The notes: generated by a model from the letters alone, not told the origin. DNA of 63,069 nucleotides, filler included, from Stramenopiles sp. TOSAG23-3 (GCA_900128585.1; 8 parts of 8 records of this genome joined end to end with filler, not necessarily neighbours in it), one strand, 5' to 3'; shown: positions 32,024-43,225, counted from the first letter of the whole stretch. Numbers and translations are program-made.

Positions 32024-32095
32024 TTACACTGACTGGAGTCGAACCAGCTACCCCCGGGACATGAGTCCGGTGCTCTGCCGTTGAGCTACAATGTA
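32024..32095 (-). tRNA. tRNA with CAT anticodon (Met-like, atypical; possibly a pseudogene)
   Basis: Minus strand folds as TACATTG TA GCTC AACGGCA GAGC A CCGGA CTCATGT CCCGG GGGTA GCTGG TTCGACT CCAGT CAGTGTA A, followed directly by a T7 Pol III terminator. Confidence 0.8.
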
Positions 32096-32309
32096 TGGTG
32101 CACAAATGAGAAAGTGAATGCTGTAAGATAGGTGGGGAATAGGGTTACGGACTTGGACCTTATCCTCGTTGGTGGAGAGACTTTGTATGAAGAACCCGTT
32201 GGGTACTAGTCTTGTAGCTTACGATACTACTTACTCTTTAGGTTTGTTTTTAATCAAATTATTAAGCAAAGCGAATTAAGATTTTCTGCTGATTTTACAA
32301 CCTCCCTTG

Positions 32310-32602
32310 TTATTGACCCTTTTGGTATGCCAGCCCATCATCGCATTCTCTTGAGTTCGATTTTAAACATAGTAACTTGTTTGGAAACGCGTTACGCAAC
32401 TGGGTTATATCTGATGCACTGAAACCATATTGAGGGTTATTCATTAAGTCGAAATGAAATGTGCTCAGTTCAGGCAACGATTCGAGGATGAAAGTGAAGT
32501 TAAATCCAGATGTGGTCTTGTTGTAATTATTAAATGTGCTTCCTCTCAAGTCCAATGTCTTGATTTGCTGTAGTTTGACGATCCACAAGATATCGCTTTC
32601 TT
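32310..32602 (-). CDS. LRR-like terminal exon or gene fragment
   Basis: LQQIKTLDLRGS and LESLPELSTFHFDL are LRR-like. Possible acceptor (ACTAA...CTAG) near 32603; upstream exon not resolved. Confidence 0.35.
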
Positions 32603-32712
32603 CTAGATTTAATTCTAGATTTAGTTTGCGCAGTGAAGGTAGAAGGGGAAAGGAAAGGACAAAACATTTGGGGTTTTACAGAAATTTGTGGGAGAAATTG
32701 GTAACTGGAAGA

Positions 32713-33195
32713 ATGCAGAGAGAGAGGGTCCCCGCGATTCGGGCGTTCGAACTTTCATCCCGGACGAACTCGGGCACGGCAGATGTCGGGAACGACCCTG
32801 AAGCAGAGGGGAAAATTAGAAACATGAACATATACTGCGCAAATTTTAAAGAGTCGGAACGCATCATGCGAAACATAGACCACCATATGAAGTCTCTTCG
32901 ACATAGTGTACAGAAGCTACAACAGCTAATCTTTCGTTTTAAAGAAGTAGTGGAAAAATCAAATCGCCTGCATACGAACACGAACGACCGCGGTAGGTAT
33001 AGCATACTGACGGAGACCGTCATGATGGTGAGCGAGGAATACTGGCGGAAGCACGATCTTTTGAGTGGAATGAACAATCATGATGGTGATCAGGTACGCT
33101 TGGTGTTGAGCAGTATTGATAGTAACAGCGCTTATAGTGCCTTGTCGCACGAATGTCTGCACAGCAGTGCCGTGCTCTCAGGGAAAGGGGTGTGA
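32713..33195 (+). CDS. Hypothetical helical protein (possibly spliced at CAG|GTACGC, 33093/33094)
   Basis: ATG at 32713 and amphipathic heptads FKESERIMRNIDHHMKSLRHSVQKLQQ. Confidence 0.35.
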   Translation: MQRERVPAIRAFELSSRTNSGTADVGNDPEAEGKIRNMNIYCANFKESERIMRNIDHHMKSLRHSVQKLQQLIFRFKEVVEKSNRLHTNTNDRGRYSILTETVMMVSEEYWRKHDLLSGMNNHDGDQVRLVLSSIDSNSAYSALSHECLHSSAVLSGKGV

Positions 33196-33632
33196 ACGTT
33201 CGAAGCACGGTTCTTTCGTGAAAGCAAGAAGCGGAAACCATTCGAGAGAGGGGTAAAACGCGGGCGGGCGGGCGGGGGAAGAGGGATCCTAGCACGTCGT
33301 GGGAGTTACTGAAAGAACGCAAATTTCGTTCTTGAAAGTATTACTAGTAGATTCATTAGACATTTTGTTTTTGAGTAAATTTTGCTCCCTCAACTGCGAA
33401 CAAACGGGAACGTGGGACACAAGGAGCTACGCTCATGTCCGGTCTATCCGTTCTTAGAATTAATTAAAAAAAGATTTCTTACTTAGAAGTTTATGTTAAA
33501 AAACTTATGTTTACGTAATGCGTAGAAATATATTATTTTTGTGAGTGTTGGAGTTTTCGTCTGGCAAAACATTAAAACCTTCAAATATCTTGCTCTCCCT
33601 GTAACAAAATCAATGGCGCGATGCCCTTCTGC

Positions 33633-34002
33633 CTAGTCATCGTACGATGGAATTTGGTTCCATTTGTACCCAGGCCACCTTTTGAAAGCACCATAAAGCA
33701 TGTACGTCGCATAGCTTCCAGGGATAAAACACAGAGACCCTAGAATTATCATACTTCTCCCCCTTTCTGCATCATAATAAGTTAGTTCCTTTGCACCAAA
33801 GACGAGGAGTAGCGTTCCAGCTGTGAATAAAAGCAGGGCTGCTAAAATCGTCCTCCACGGGAACGGCTTCTTCCCCCCTTTTGGACACAGATTTGAAAAA
33901 ATAAGAAAAAGTTAGAGAGAAAAGAACCTAGCTGGGGACAAAGAACCGTCACAACTTACACGGAGGTCTATAGTGGTCATCACCACTCATCACAGAGTCC
34001 AT
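33633..34002 (-). CDS. TMEM230: TMEM230/TMEM134 (DUF872) protein, 95 aa; exons 34002-33960 and 33877-33633, 82-nt intron
   Basis: Not in the ORF track. MDSVMSGDDHYRPP-W-GKKPFPWRTILAALLLF...IILGSLCFIPGSYATY...GYKWNQIPSYDD*. The intron has GTAAGT, a CTAAC branch point and AAG, and splicing keeps the frame. Confidence 0.9.
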
Positions 34003-34447
34003 ACTAAACAAAACCTACTTCCTAGTTCTAAAAAAAGGGAGAAAAGCACAACAAAGCTTTCGGTCAATCTGGAGTTCCTCTGTAACTGAATTCATAAATT
34101 TTTCTTTCATTTCTATAGTTAAAACATTTAACGAAATCCTCTGTAAACTTTAAAAAAAGTTGTTTGCCATTTCTTTAATTATTATTTTTTTTTCTTCTTC
34201 TTCTTCTTCCGGCCGCCGGTGGTGGTGGTGGTGATGGTTAAATAATAAGAGGAGAGAGAACGCATCGAAGAATACGAGGATGAGGTACTTTGTAATATAA
34301 ACTAATTCATTTGATACTGTATTACTTGGTATAGGAAGATAACCTTATTATTATAATAAGTTTAAGTTAAACTGCTTCTTCTTTTCTATTTTTTCTCTCG
34401 TTGCTCGGCTCCCCGCTCAAGTTTCAAGTTTTTCATCAGTCTTTGTC

Positions 34448-35875
34448 CTAGTGAATTTTAGTAATTTTCGGCTTGTGACCTCCTTTAATTTTCTGTTTGA
34501 AAAAATTCGATTGAATGGTTTGCGTGTCTATTAGCTTCGGAGATGAAATTTGTGAAATGGATTTGACAGGAAACTTGCCTTTGATTCCAGCAAGAGAAGG
34601 ACTTGCCGTTCGAGCAAACCATGCGCTGTCTGCTAAAGTTTTAGAAATGTCTACCTTTTTCAACGAAGTCTTTGGGAGCGATGAGATCAAGGGGGAACTT
34701 TTCCGACTGCCTTTGATTTTGGTGCCACGATACTTGATAGGGGATGGTTGAAAAGCTATCACGTTGTGGCTCGAATTTTCCAAAGACGATCCAGCTACTT
34801 CATACGCATTCGGTCCCGGATTATTTCTTGGAAGGCCTTTTCCGCACCGCTCCATGAGCTTTTGGGTATCGCGCTCCCCCCCCAAAAACGAAGACGTGGC
34901 GCTCTTTTTTTTCGAAAGAAGCTCGGTTTCTTGGGGCGCCACCTTCGCTGCAAATGTATCGTTGAGTGTTTTGTAAGATCCCGGACCCGGTTTATTATTT
35001 GGGTAAGTCTTCGGAGGGGGATTCTCTCTAAATCTAATAGCACTCCCAAAATGTGGTGCAGGGGCTTTAAAGCGACTTCTGAAGTCTTTCAATTTCTTGT
35101 TCAGTTTCTTTCTGGCTTTCCATAAGTCCTGACCTTGTATTTTTTTGTCTCTATCCAGTCTTCCGTTCTCCATAGAGAAGGCAACTTTTTCGTACAGGTT
35201 GTTGTAGTCCCTCATTTTACCGCCACTTTTTGGGCCTAAATACTCTTCACGAGTGACAACATCTGGACTAGACTTCCTAATTTTACGCTGGACAGGAGAT
35301 TCTATGGGGGCAGGGTCCCCGAACGTCGAGCCTTTGTACGAGTGAGTAGCTAAGACTTCGGCTGCGAACTGATCGTTATCGGGGTATGATCCCGGGCCCA
35401 ACAGGTATTTGTACGTGTCCGTCGAATTTTTTTGGAACCGTTCTGCTGTGTAATCCCTGGGTTTTACCGAAACTAGAGGGTCTTTCATAATGGTGCCACT
35501 ATCAGTCAATTCACTCGTCGGAAACATTTTGCTTTGAACCATTTCAGACACAGTAGTTTTGTACATTTTGCAATAGTCTTTTTCTTCTGTCGTGCTTTTG
35601 AGGCTTCCATATTCGGAAATGTAGGCCATAGGGCCAGGGTTTCCGTTATCCTTCTTTAGGTAAGTCCACGGACCTTTATTGCGTTCTGCTACACCAAAAC
35701 TGCTTCTATAAACACCCGGACTCATATTCTTTTGCTCCAATTCATAGCTCATCCGGGTTTGCATCTCAATGCCATACTCTCCAGGACCTGGTTCGTAATC
35801 AGGTTGTAAGAACGGCAGCACTCCGTCTTCACGGCGAATTAGCCGACGTTCACTCCCAAATATTGTAGTCGCCAT
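34448..35875 (-). CDS. SHIPPO/sperm-tail PG-rich repeat (ODF3/STPG-like) ciliary protein
   Basis: PGPGEY, PGPMAY, GPGSY, PGPGSY and PGPNAY, interleaved with FG...RF-type motifs. Confidence 0.82.
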   Translation of the reverse strand: MATTIFGSERRLIRREDGVLPFLQPDYEPGPGEYGIEMQTRMSYELEQKNMSPGVYRSSFGVAERNKGPWTYLKKDNGNPGPMAYISEYGSLKSTTEEKDYCKMYKTTVSEMVQSKMFPTSELTDSGTIMKDPLVSVKPRDYTAERFQKNSTDTYKYLLGPGSYPDNDQFAAEVLATHSYKGSTFGDPAPIESPVQRKIRKSSPDVVTREEYLGPKSGGKMRDYNNLYEKVAFSMENGRLDRDKKIQGQDLWKARKKLNKKLKDFRSRFKAPAPHFGSAIRFRENPPPKTYPNNKPGPGSYKTLNDTFAAKVAPQETELLSKKKSATSSFLGGERDTQKLMERCGKGLPRNNPGPNAYEVAGSSLENSSHNVIAFQPSPIKYRGTKIKGSRKSSPLISSLPKTSLKKVDISKTLADSAWFARTASPSLAGIKGKFPVKSISQISSPKLIDTQTIQSNFFKQKIKGGHKPKITKIH

Positions 35876-36870
35876 CTTTCCCAACAAATAACCTTATGCT
35901 GTCCTTTTTTGCTTTATGTCAAACCCTAAATGTGTGATGAAATATTTTCATCGAGGCTTTTCCTCAGGTTCGCTTTCAAAATTTAATACCACAGTCTTCG
36001 CATACAGACTAAGCAAATTACTATCTCTCCCAAAGTAATACTATACTACCCAGAAGAAGAAGATTTGCTGCTTAAAAAAATATTATAATACATACCGTAC
36101 GACGAAGCTGTATAAATACTACTTCGGTAGTAGTATATCCATACTATACGGTATAAAATACCAATACGATTAAATCAATTATTTTGCAATTAAATTAGTA
36201 ATAGTCGTTCTCTAAATGACAAATAATAATCATCTTCTTCTGAAGAAATTCACGAAGAATGATGATTTGAGATTCTTTCTTCAATTACCAAATATTAATA
36301 CCAAAGTACGAGGACGACTCCTCGTCTTAAACTCCTAGTAATTTAATATAGTAATAAACTAATTATTAATTACACCGGTATAATATTGTATTATAGAAAC
36401 TGTGAATAGCGTAACGGTACTATACGGTAGGAATTACAATATTATTATACTACGGGTAACTGATATTTAATAATACTGCGGTGTACATTATACAATGCAA
36501 TGGAAATGCTATAAAAGAAATTTGCATCGCAAAATGTGCACAGCATTATTTATTATCGTAGACTTATAACTACGAGGAGTAGTTATTAATTTGACCAATT
36601 ATTATAAACCCTCACCACCTCAAAAAATAATATGTTGTTTTGTAATACCAAATAGTAAATAAATAAATGAATAAATATAAATAACGGATGATTTTGCATT
36701 TCTTCTTCTGGTCGTAATGTTTTGCAACCTAAACGCCACTGTTTATGCCAGCGCGTTAGCCTTTGTTAGGAGTAATTGCCCAAAATTTTATCGCCGAAAC
36801 GAAACAATACACCGTAGTAACCAGAGCGGCTCTGGTATTGAACCTTTTCCTTCGCCTTCCAAAAGTTTCA

Positions 36871-39180
36871 ATGCCGCAGCACGTGAAGCTTAAGTATGGA
36901 GATCAAAGAAACCTTTGCGAAACTTGCAAGGGGCCCATTCGAACTTTTGCACTGACATCTTGCTATCATGCCCCTCTGTGCGGCCGTTGTACAAGTAGGA
37001 TCCGCCACTTTTTTGACAGATGTCATTGTTACAAATGTGGTCAACCCCAGAACAAGATCATATTCACTTGGAAGCCTAGCTTGCAGTACGAGGATTTTGA
37101 TTTGAACGACGACCGATTGTGCTACGACGCAGAGATGGGAATAGTATACCAAGACCACAGCGAACGAAACAAAGACAGAAGAGTGATGGAGGAAACGAGC
37201 GAGAAAGTCGTGCCAAAATCGACCAAGAAAACAATAAGAAATTCTGTATGCAGGATTGTAGACGGGAAAGGCGAAGTATGGGGCACTGGGTTTTTGGTCG
37301 ACTTGCTGGGGCACAGATGTATTATGACAGGAAATAATATTGTGCCAAGCTGCGAACGAGCGAACAAGCTATTCGCAGAATTTTGCATTGAAGGGAGCCA
37401 AGACGAGACCATGCTTCATCTTGATCGGGGAAAATACGAGCACCCCTTTTCATCCACTATCAGGGTACAATTGCGCCCTGATTGCTTGTTTTTGACAAAC
37501 GTCTCTTTGAACTTTACGCTCGTCGACTTTGACAGTGTGTCCCCATGCGAGTCGTCCAAATTGGACGCCGTCCAACTCCCGGCGTTAAAGGACAAGCCAA
37601 GCTTTGAACCAGAGAAAAAGAAAGAGACCCCAAAGAAGGGGGAAAAGACTGCCGAAAACGCAAGGGCTACAGAAGCTGGCGAAGAGACACCGAAGCCTCG
37701 AAGAAAGCGTAACTTCATCATTGTAAAAAAGAAGGACCGGGAAAACAGTGCACTTGGCGGTGCTGTCGATGCGAAGAAAAAAACATGGAATTTCCCCCGA
37801 AAGAATGACATTGTTGAAATCGTCGGGTTTCCTCTCAGGAAAGGGGAAAAGAGGAGCGACATTCAGCTTATAGACAGCGTTGAAGGGAGCATATTGATCT
37901 ACAAGATGGACACAGATCTCAAGGCCTCTGGATCTCCAGTATTTTTCAATTCCAAGCTTGTCGCAGTCCACAATCAATCCGACCTGAAGGACAATGCCGA
38001 CGAAGCCACCGTTATATTTTCTATTTTGGAGTACATCTACAGTCATAGGGTCGAGAGCATTGGTGCCTTTGGCAGAGCGGCCATAGCACGGACAGAGAAC
38101 AAAGCTGCCCAAAGAGAGAGTAGTACGCACTTTTTGCAATTCGCAAGGGATTCCCGAAATGCCAACCAGTTGGTAAAGGCGGGGGCAATATCTGCTCTGC
38201 TGAACACTTGCAGAAGTTGCTTCGACGATCCGTTCATTGTGACAAATGCACTCGAGGCGTTATATTTGCTGTGCAAGTGGCGCCATAAGAATCTTAACCT
38301 TCTATCAAATGAGAATGGGACTGCGATAGTACTGAACCTGATAGCAGAAGACGAAAAACACCATTTTGAACATATAGACATGCTCCATTGGGCATGGGGC
38401 ATATTAGGCTACGTTTGTGAGATACCAGCGTGCGCCCACGAAGTCGTAGAGTGCAATGGGCCACACCTAGTAGTCAAATCTATGTACTCTGAAGTCAAGG
38501 ACACTGGGCTGGTCCTGGGGGGTCTCAAAGCAATAACATGCATGGCCAGGGACGAGAAGCACCACGCTATGCTCATGAAAGCCAAGGTGGTGTCCGCCCT
38601 TTTCCTTGTAACCGGCGTCCACGAGGAATCCGAGGTTATCCAGCTCGCGGGGGTCGTGGCGATGCACGCACTACTTGCAAATTCATCGGCCATGCCCGCA
38701 AACAGCAGTTTTATCATTGACCCCGTACGACAGTCTGGAATGAAAAAGAAAGACGGTCGCAAGAAGAAAGACAACAGAGAGCTAAAGGTTCCCCTTAGAA
38801 ATGGCAAAAGGGATCGCCAATTAATGAAACGCAACAAAACTGCAACAATTATGGCGGTTACTGCGGAGGAACTTGGCGGACTCGTTCAGATTCAACCTCG
38901 AGCCCTCGTTATGTGGGAGAAAAACGGCTTGGGCACACTCTTTGCTGCGATGAAAAATTTTCCAGCCTCCGTCCCCATTGCTGAGAATGTCTGGGCCGCC
39001 TTAGTGTATATAAAGGAAGAGGGGTTGAGCCGAACAGACACGCACATTGAACTGCATGGAGCACACTTGCATGTTATGAAGAAAAACTTACGGCGAATGA
39101 AGAACCACCCAAATGTAGAGAAATGGCGAGAATTGTACACCGTCCTAGACGCGAACAACACTAGAAAAAAAAAAAAATAA
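36871..39180 (+). CDS. RING (ZNF598/Hel2-like) + degenerate trypsin-like domain + ARM repeats
   Basis: CETC..SCYHAPLCGRCTSRIR..CHCYKC; SVCRI..WGTGFLV..IMTGNNIV, LNFTLV, ASGSPVF...LVAVH; C-terminal ARM helices. Confidence 0.8.
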   Translation: MPQHVKLKYGDQRNLCETCKGPIRTFALTSCYHAPLCGRCTSRIRHFFDRCHCYKCGQPQNKIIFTWKPSLQYEDFDLNDDRLCYDAEMGIVYQDHSERNKDRRVMEETSEKVVPKSTKKTIRNSVCRIVDGKGEVWGTGFLVDLLGHRCIMTGNNIVPSCERANKLFAEFCIEGSQDETMLHLDRGKYEHPFSSTIRVQLRPDCLFLTNVSLNFTLVDFDSVSPCESSKLDAVQLPALKDKPSFEPEKKKETPKKGEKTAENARATEAGEETPKPRRKRNFIIVKKKDRENSALGGAVDAKKKTWNFPRKNDIVEIVGFPLRKGEKRSDIQLIDSVEGSILIYKMDTDLKASGSPVFFNSKLVAVHNQSDLKDNADEATVIFSILEYIYSHRVESIGAFGRAAIARTENKAAQRESSTHFLQFARDSRNANQLVKAGAISALLNTCRSCFDDPFIVTNALEALYLLCKWRHKNLNLLSNENGTAIVLNLIAEDEKHHFEHIDMLHWAWGILGYVCEIPACAHEVVECNGPHLVVKSMYSEVKDTGLVLGGLKAITCMARDEKHHAMLMKAKVVSALFLVTGVHEESEVIQLAGVVAMHALLANSSAMPANSSFIIDPVRQSGMKKKDGRKKKDNRELKVPLRNGKRDRQLMKRNKTATIMAVTAEELGGLVQIQPRALVMWEKNGLGTLFAAMKNFPASVPIAENVWAALVYIKEEGLSRTDTHIELHGAHLHVMKKNLRRMKNHPNVEKWRELYTVLDANNTRKKKK

Positions 39181-39452
39181 AAAAAAGATAATTGTTACCG
39201 GAAAAGTGAAGGGAACGCAAACCTTTAATGGACAAATGGAGCAGATTCATTTTCGTGGGACATGAGGAAGATAAATTTTAATTACTTAAATTAACAGGGC
39301 CAATTTTTTGTTTTTACTAAAATGTTTCATCTTACATCTGTATGTGTATTACGAACAGGAAACGATCAAACTCAACTCAATACCGATCATTATTTCATTG
39401 AGCAGTACCACAGACAACGAGCCCCTTTAAAACATTTATGCCGCTGTGTACT

Positions 39453-39552
39453 NNNNNNNNNNNNNNNNNNNNNNNNNNNNNNNNNNNNNNNNNNNNTTAA
39501 TTAATTAANNNNNNNNNNNNNNNNNNNNNNNNNNNNNNNNNNNNNNNNNNNN
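39453..39552. other. Artificial contig linker, followed by (AAAG)n at 39553-39628
   Basis: N44-TTAATTAATTAA-N44. Confidence 0.99.
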
Positions 39553-39553
39553 A

Positions 39554-39628
<75 letters not shown>

Positions 39629-40221
39629 TAACGAAACGAAAGAAACGAAACGAAAGAAACGAAAGAAACGAAAAAAGTTCCGGTAGGAAAAGGTGCTGTA
39701 TTCTGTACGTATTCTAATACATACGATCGTAGTCTATTAAGCGGGTTTTATCCTTATATCCTTAGCTGGTCCTCGTAGCACACACGTGTGACCAGTACGG
39801 TATTTAACAAGGGAATAATATAGGAAGATAAAAAATGCCAGCTGCTTGCTATGTACCGGGTAATAAATAATCACCAACTCCATTTCGTTGTTCGTCTGGT
39901 ACAGGTATTTAATACCTAAAAAGTAGGTAGTACCGGTAAAAAAAAGATAATACGGGTACGTGCCATTCGGTGCATTGGGTTTAGCATAGTGCCACACCTA
40001 ACGGCATCTTCTTCTATACGCAAACTTGTGCGTTTTTTTCCTTTTGCCTGGTAATCAACTGTGGCTCCGTGTGGGTGCTGCAGTAATTTTGGAGCGGCTG
40101 AAATCCAATTGTTGCAATTACATATTGAGCTCTTGCAGTTTAAACCGGCCACGTCTGACCTGACAGCTTTCACCCCCCTCCCAACAACAACGTCTGCCGG
40201 TTGGCACCGTGCCTGTTGCGA

Positions 40222-41407
40222 ATGGGTTTATGTGCGTCCGCCCCGCTGCCGCAAGAGGCGGAAAATGCAGTGAAACACTTGAAACCGCTGTTTGATTTCC
40301 TTAAACTGAGCAAGAGCCAAAGGCGTAAAATGGGGCAAGTCTTTTGGGACCAGGATTACAACCATAACGGCGTGCTTTCTCACACGGAAATGGAGGGGCT
40401 CCTGGGCGCCAAAGTCTCTATATTTGTAAAGAATTTTTACAGTATCTTTGACATACATGGGACCGGAGAGTTGAACTTTGCACAGTTTGTAGTCTCGTGC
40501 TGGGTCCTGTGCACCCTGCCCCCAAAGGGAATCCCTGCAGCAACGTTTGGAATTTACGATGTCGACGGCGATGGAATTCACAAAGACACGGTGATACACC
40601 TGGTTGACGAGGCAATGGGAACGTTGTCGGGGACAAACAAGCACAGCTCGAAAGGCCGAAAACGGAAGGATATGGAGTTTATCAACCTTCGTGGGGTGGA
40701 CCCTATGCACTATCAAAAGATGGAAGCTAATGCCCTAGAGAAACTGTCGAACGCCGATGGCATGCTGAATAAAGACGCATTTTTGAAGTATATCAAGAAA
40801 CACCCTTACTTGATGAAGAAAACGCTGGATTTTCAACTGGCTTTGCGAGAAGGCACGCTAGGGTCGGGGTGGGGTTCCGTCCTGAATCGTAAGAAAAACG
40901 TTGTCCCTGAACACATGTACAATGACTGCAACATAAAAATAGTTCAGCACATCCAAGCCAAAGTACGTCTATCGTTGTGCGTTGCGGCTGATGAAGAAAC
41001 AACTTCGGAGTACGTTTCTCAGACGCCGGCCCCCAAAAGGGGGGGGCTAGGAGTGGGGGGGGAAGCAGCAGCACACGGAGCATGAACATAAAAAGAGAAC
41101 GAAAGCTGCACGGAAAATCCAGGCACAGATTCGCCGAAAACTCGTGGAGCTGGAGCGGGCGAGCGGGACCCTGATCCCTCATAGAGTTAAATTGCCGAAC
41201 GGGTGGACAGAACATTTGTCGAAGAGCGGAAAACTGTACTACACCAATTCTAAAAACGAAACCCAATGGGACTTTCCAGAAGAATTGGAAGGAAAAGTAA
41301 AGGCACAGAACCCTGCAAACTGGAGGGAAGTTGTCGACAAGAAAACTGGACACAAATACTACTACAACAAGTTCACCCGGTGCTCAACATGGAGGAAGCA
41401 TTTTTGA
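40222..41407 (+). CDS. N-acylated EF-hand protein with IQ motif and two WW domains; proposed join(40222..40962,41051..41407)
   Basis: MGLCAS start; EF loops DYNHNGVLS, DIHGTGELN and DVDGDG; donor AAA|GTACGT and acceptor CTAG| at 41050, both phase 0; then AARKIQAQIRRKL, LPNGWTEH..YYTN..TQWDFP and WREVVDKKTGHKYYYN..STW. Confidence 0.78.
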
Positions 41408-41619
41408 TTTTCATAAGGCAGAAGTGCTTTATTTCTTCAGACAGCATACAGCAGCAGCATAAAATAACCCTGCCTGCCTGCCTGTATTAATTAATATTTA
41501 AAACAATTCCAACGGTAGTCTAAGTGAATGCAATGTATATACTGTATAATATTATATATCCTCTATATAAATAGTTATAAGTACAGATTCGGAACTACCA
41601 GAAAATCGTCCGTCGTCAT

Positions 41620-41912
41620 TTTCTTCTTCTTTTCTCGCTTCTTCTTTCTTCTTTTCTTCATCTTCTTCTTTCTTCTCTCTTCTTTCTTCTTTCTTCTTTC
41701 TTCTTTCTTCTTTCTTCTTTCTTCTTTCTTCTTCTTATTCTTTCTTATTCTTCTTTCTTCTTCTTCTTCTTCTTCTTCTTCTTCTTCTTCTTCTTCTTCT
41801 TCTTCTTCTTCTTCTTCTTCNNNNNNTTCTTCTTCTTCTTCTTCTTCTTCTTCTTCTTCTTCTTCTTCTTCTTCTCTCTTCTCTCTTCTCTCTTCTTCTT
41901 CTTCTTCTTCTT
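41620..41912. repeat. (TTC)n low-complexity tract with small N gap
   Basis: Direct reading. Confidence 0.95.
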
Positions 41913-42268
41913 GCCGGGTGTGAATTCATAATGTGGTGTAGTAGTAGTATTTGCATTCTTCTACAAATGCTGCTGCTTACCACAATTATTTTTTTTGTGT
42001 TACAAGGTGTAAATAGTACGTAGTATTAATAATTTTTATTTTTTTCCTTCTTCTTCTTCTCTTGCTTACCTTGGTGGTGGTATTTAATATTATTCTATGT
42101 TTCAAGTTACCGTACTACCGAACGAAGTATCAAATTTGAACAAGACAGACGCTAAAATATATATCATACAAGTTACCAATGGTTAGCAGTTTCATGGATT
42201 GTTGGAATCTCCATTTTTAATTTCTTCGGTTTGTAAGAACAGTGCCAAGCTCCAACGATTACAGGATT

Positions 42269-43225
42269 ATGTCGTTACGTGTAGCATTAAGTTTATGTGG
42301 GGCGTTGAAAACTAGTCAGACGGGCACAGTTTCATACATAGCATGGAGAGATTTAATTCATGTACTTTTGCCGTTTCTGCCTTTATTTGTATTTTGTTTA
42401 GTTTTTAACAATAGTACAAGCCCCACCGAATCCTGGATGTCGTCGTTTCGCTTGGCATTAAGTTTATGCGGGGCACTGATCGCAAGTCATACGTGTACAG
42501 TTACATATATAGCCTGGAGAGATTTGACAGGTCAATGGAAAAAGCACTCTTTAATTAAAAATAGAAAACCAACGGTAGGACTTTATTGGAATGGTTATAG
42601 AAAATTTTTGTTTGATATTTCCCTGATGCTATTGCCAGCAATGACTGTTGTCTGCCATTTTCGTTTTGACGCGGTCATGAATGCTACTGTGGACGATCCT
42701 GCTTGGAAAGGGTTTTTGAAACAATTTATTGGTTATAACGTAGGCGAATTGTGGGTTGCAGGCGCACATAAAATCATGCATCATCCATATATATATGCAG
42801 CCGTGCATAAACGTCATCACTGTGCTATTAAAGAATTAGTGGCATCGGCCGCTTGGCTGGATACGACTACGGAATTTTTAGTTGCTGAAATACCAGCATT
42901 ATTAATGGCACTTATGATTCTTCCGACCAATCCTTTTTGGCATCATTTATTTTTTGCATATCAAGGTTTAGGTGCTGCGAGTGATCATGCAGGCTTTTCC
43001 TTTGACGATGAGGATGATGGTGGAATAGTACATTGGATTCATCAAAACTTTTTCGATGGGGAATATCATTATTTCCACCATTTAAACCCCAGTGTTAATT
43101 TTGCAGAAGAGGAATGGATTGATTATTTATTTGGCACTCACCATACATATACCAAATGGTGGTCACGTCGTTTGGCACGTGAAGAGAAGGAAGAACGACG
43201 ACGGAAGGAATTAGTCGGAGGATGA
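42269..43225 (+). CDS. Fatty acid hydroxylase/sterol desaturase superfamily enzyme (true start may be 42437)
   Basis: His boxes HKIMHH, HKRHH and DHAG...HYFHH...NF. The N-terminus is duplicated. Confidence 0.88.
   Translation: MSLRVALSLCGALKTSQTGTVSYIAWRDLIHVLLPFLPLFVFCLVFNNSTSPTESWMSSFRLALSLCGALIASHTCTVTYIAWRDLTGQWKKHSLIKNRKPTVGLYWNGYRKFLFDISLMLLPAMTVVCHFRFDAVMNATVDDPAWKGFLKQFIGYNVGELWVAGAHKIMHHPYIYAAVHKRHHCAIKELVASAAWLDTTTEFLVAEIPALLMALMILPTNPFWHHLFFAYQGLGAASDHAGFSFDDEDDGGIVHWIHQNFFDGEYHYFHHLNPSVNFAEEEWIDYLFGTHHTYTKWWSRRLAREEKEERRRKELVGG

Noticed and set aside
32121-32234. GTAAGT...TTACAG intron-like segment upstream of the tRNA (minus strand)
   Set aside because: No coding exons could be linked, so it cannot be supported without transcripts.
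41528-41983. Poly-Ser/Phe and poly-Arg ORFs
   Set aside because: Translations of a TTC microsatellite.
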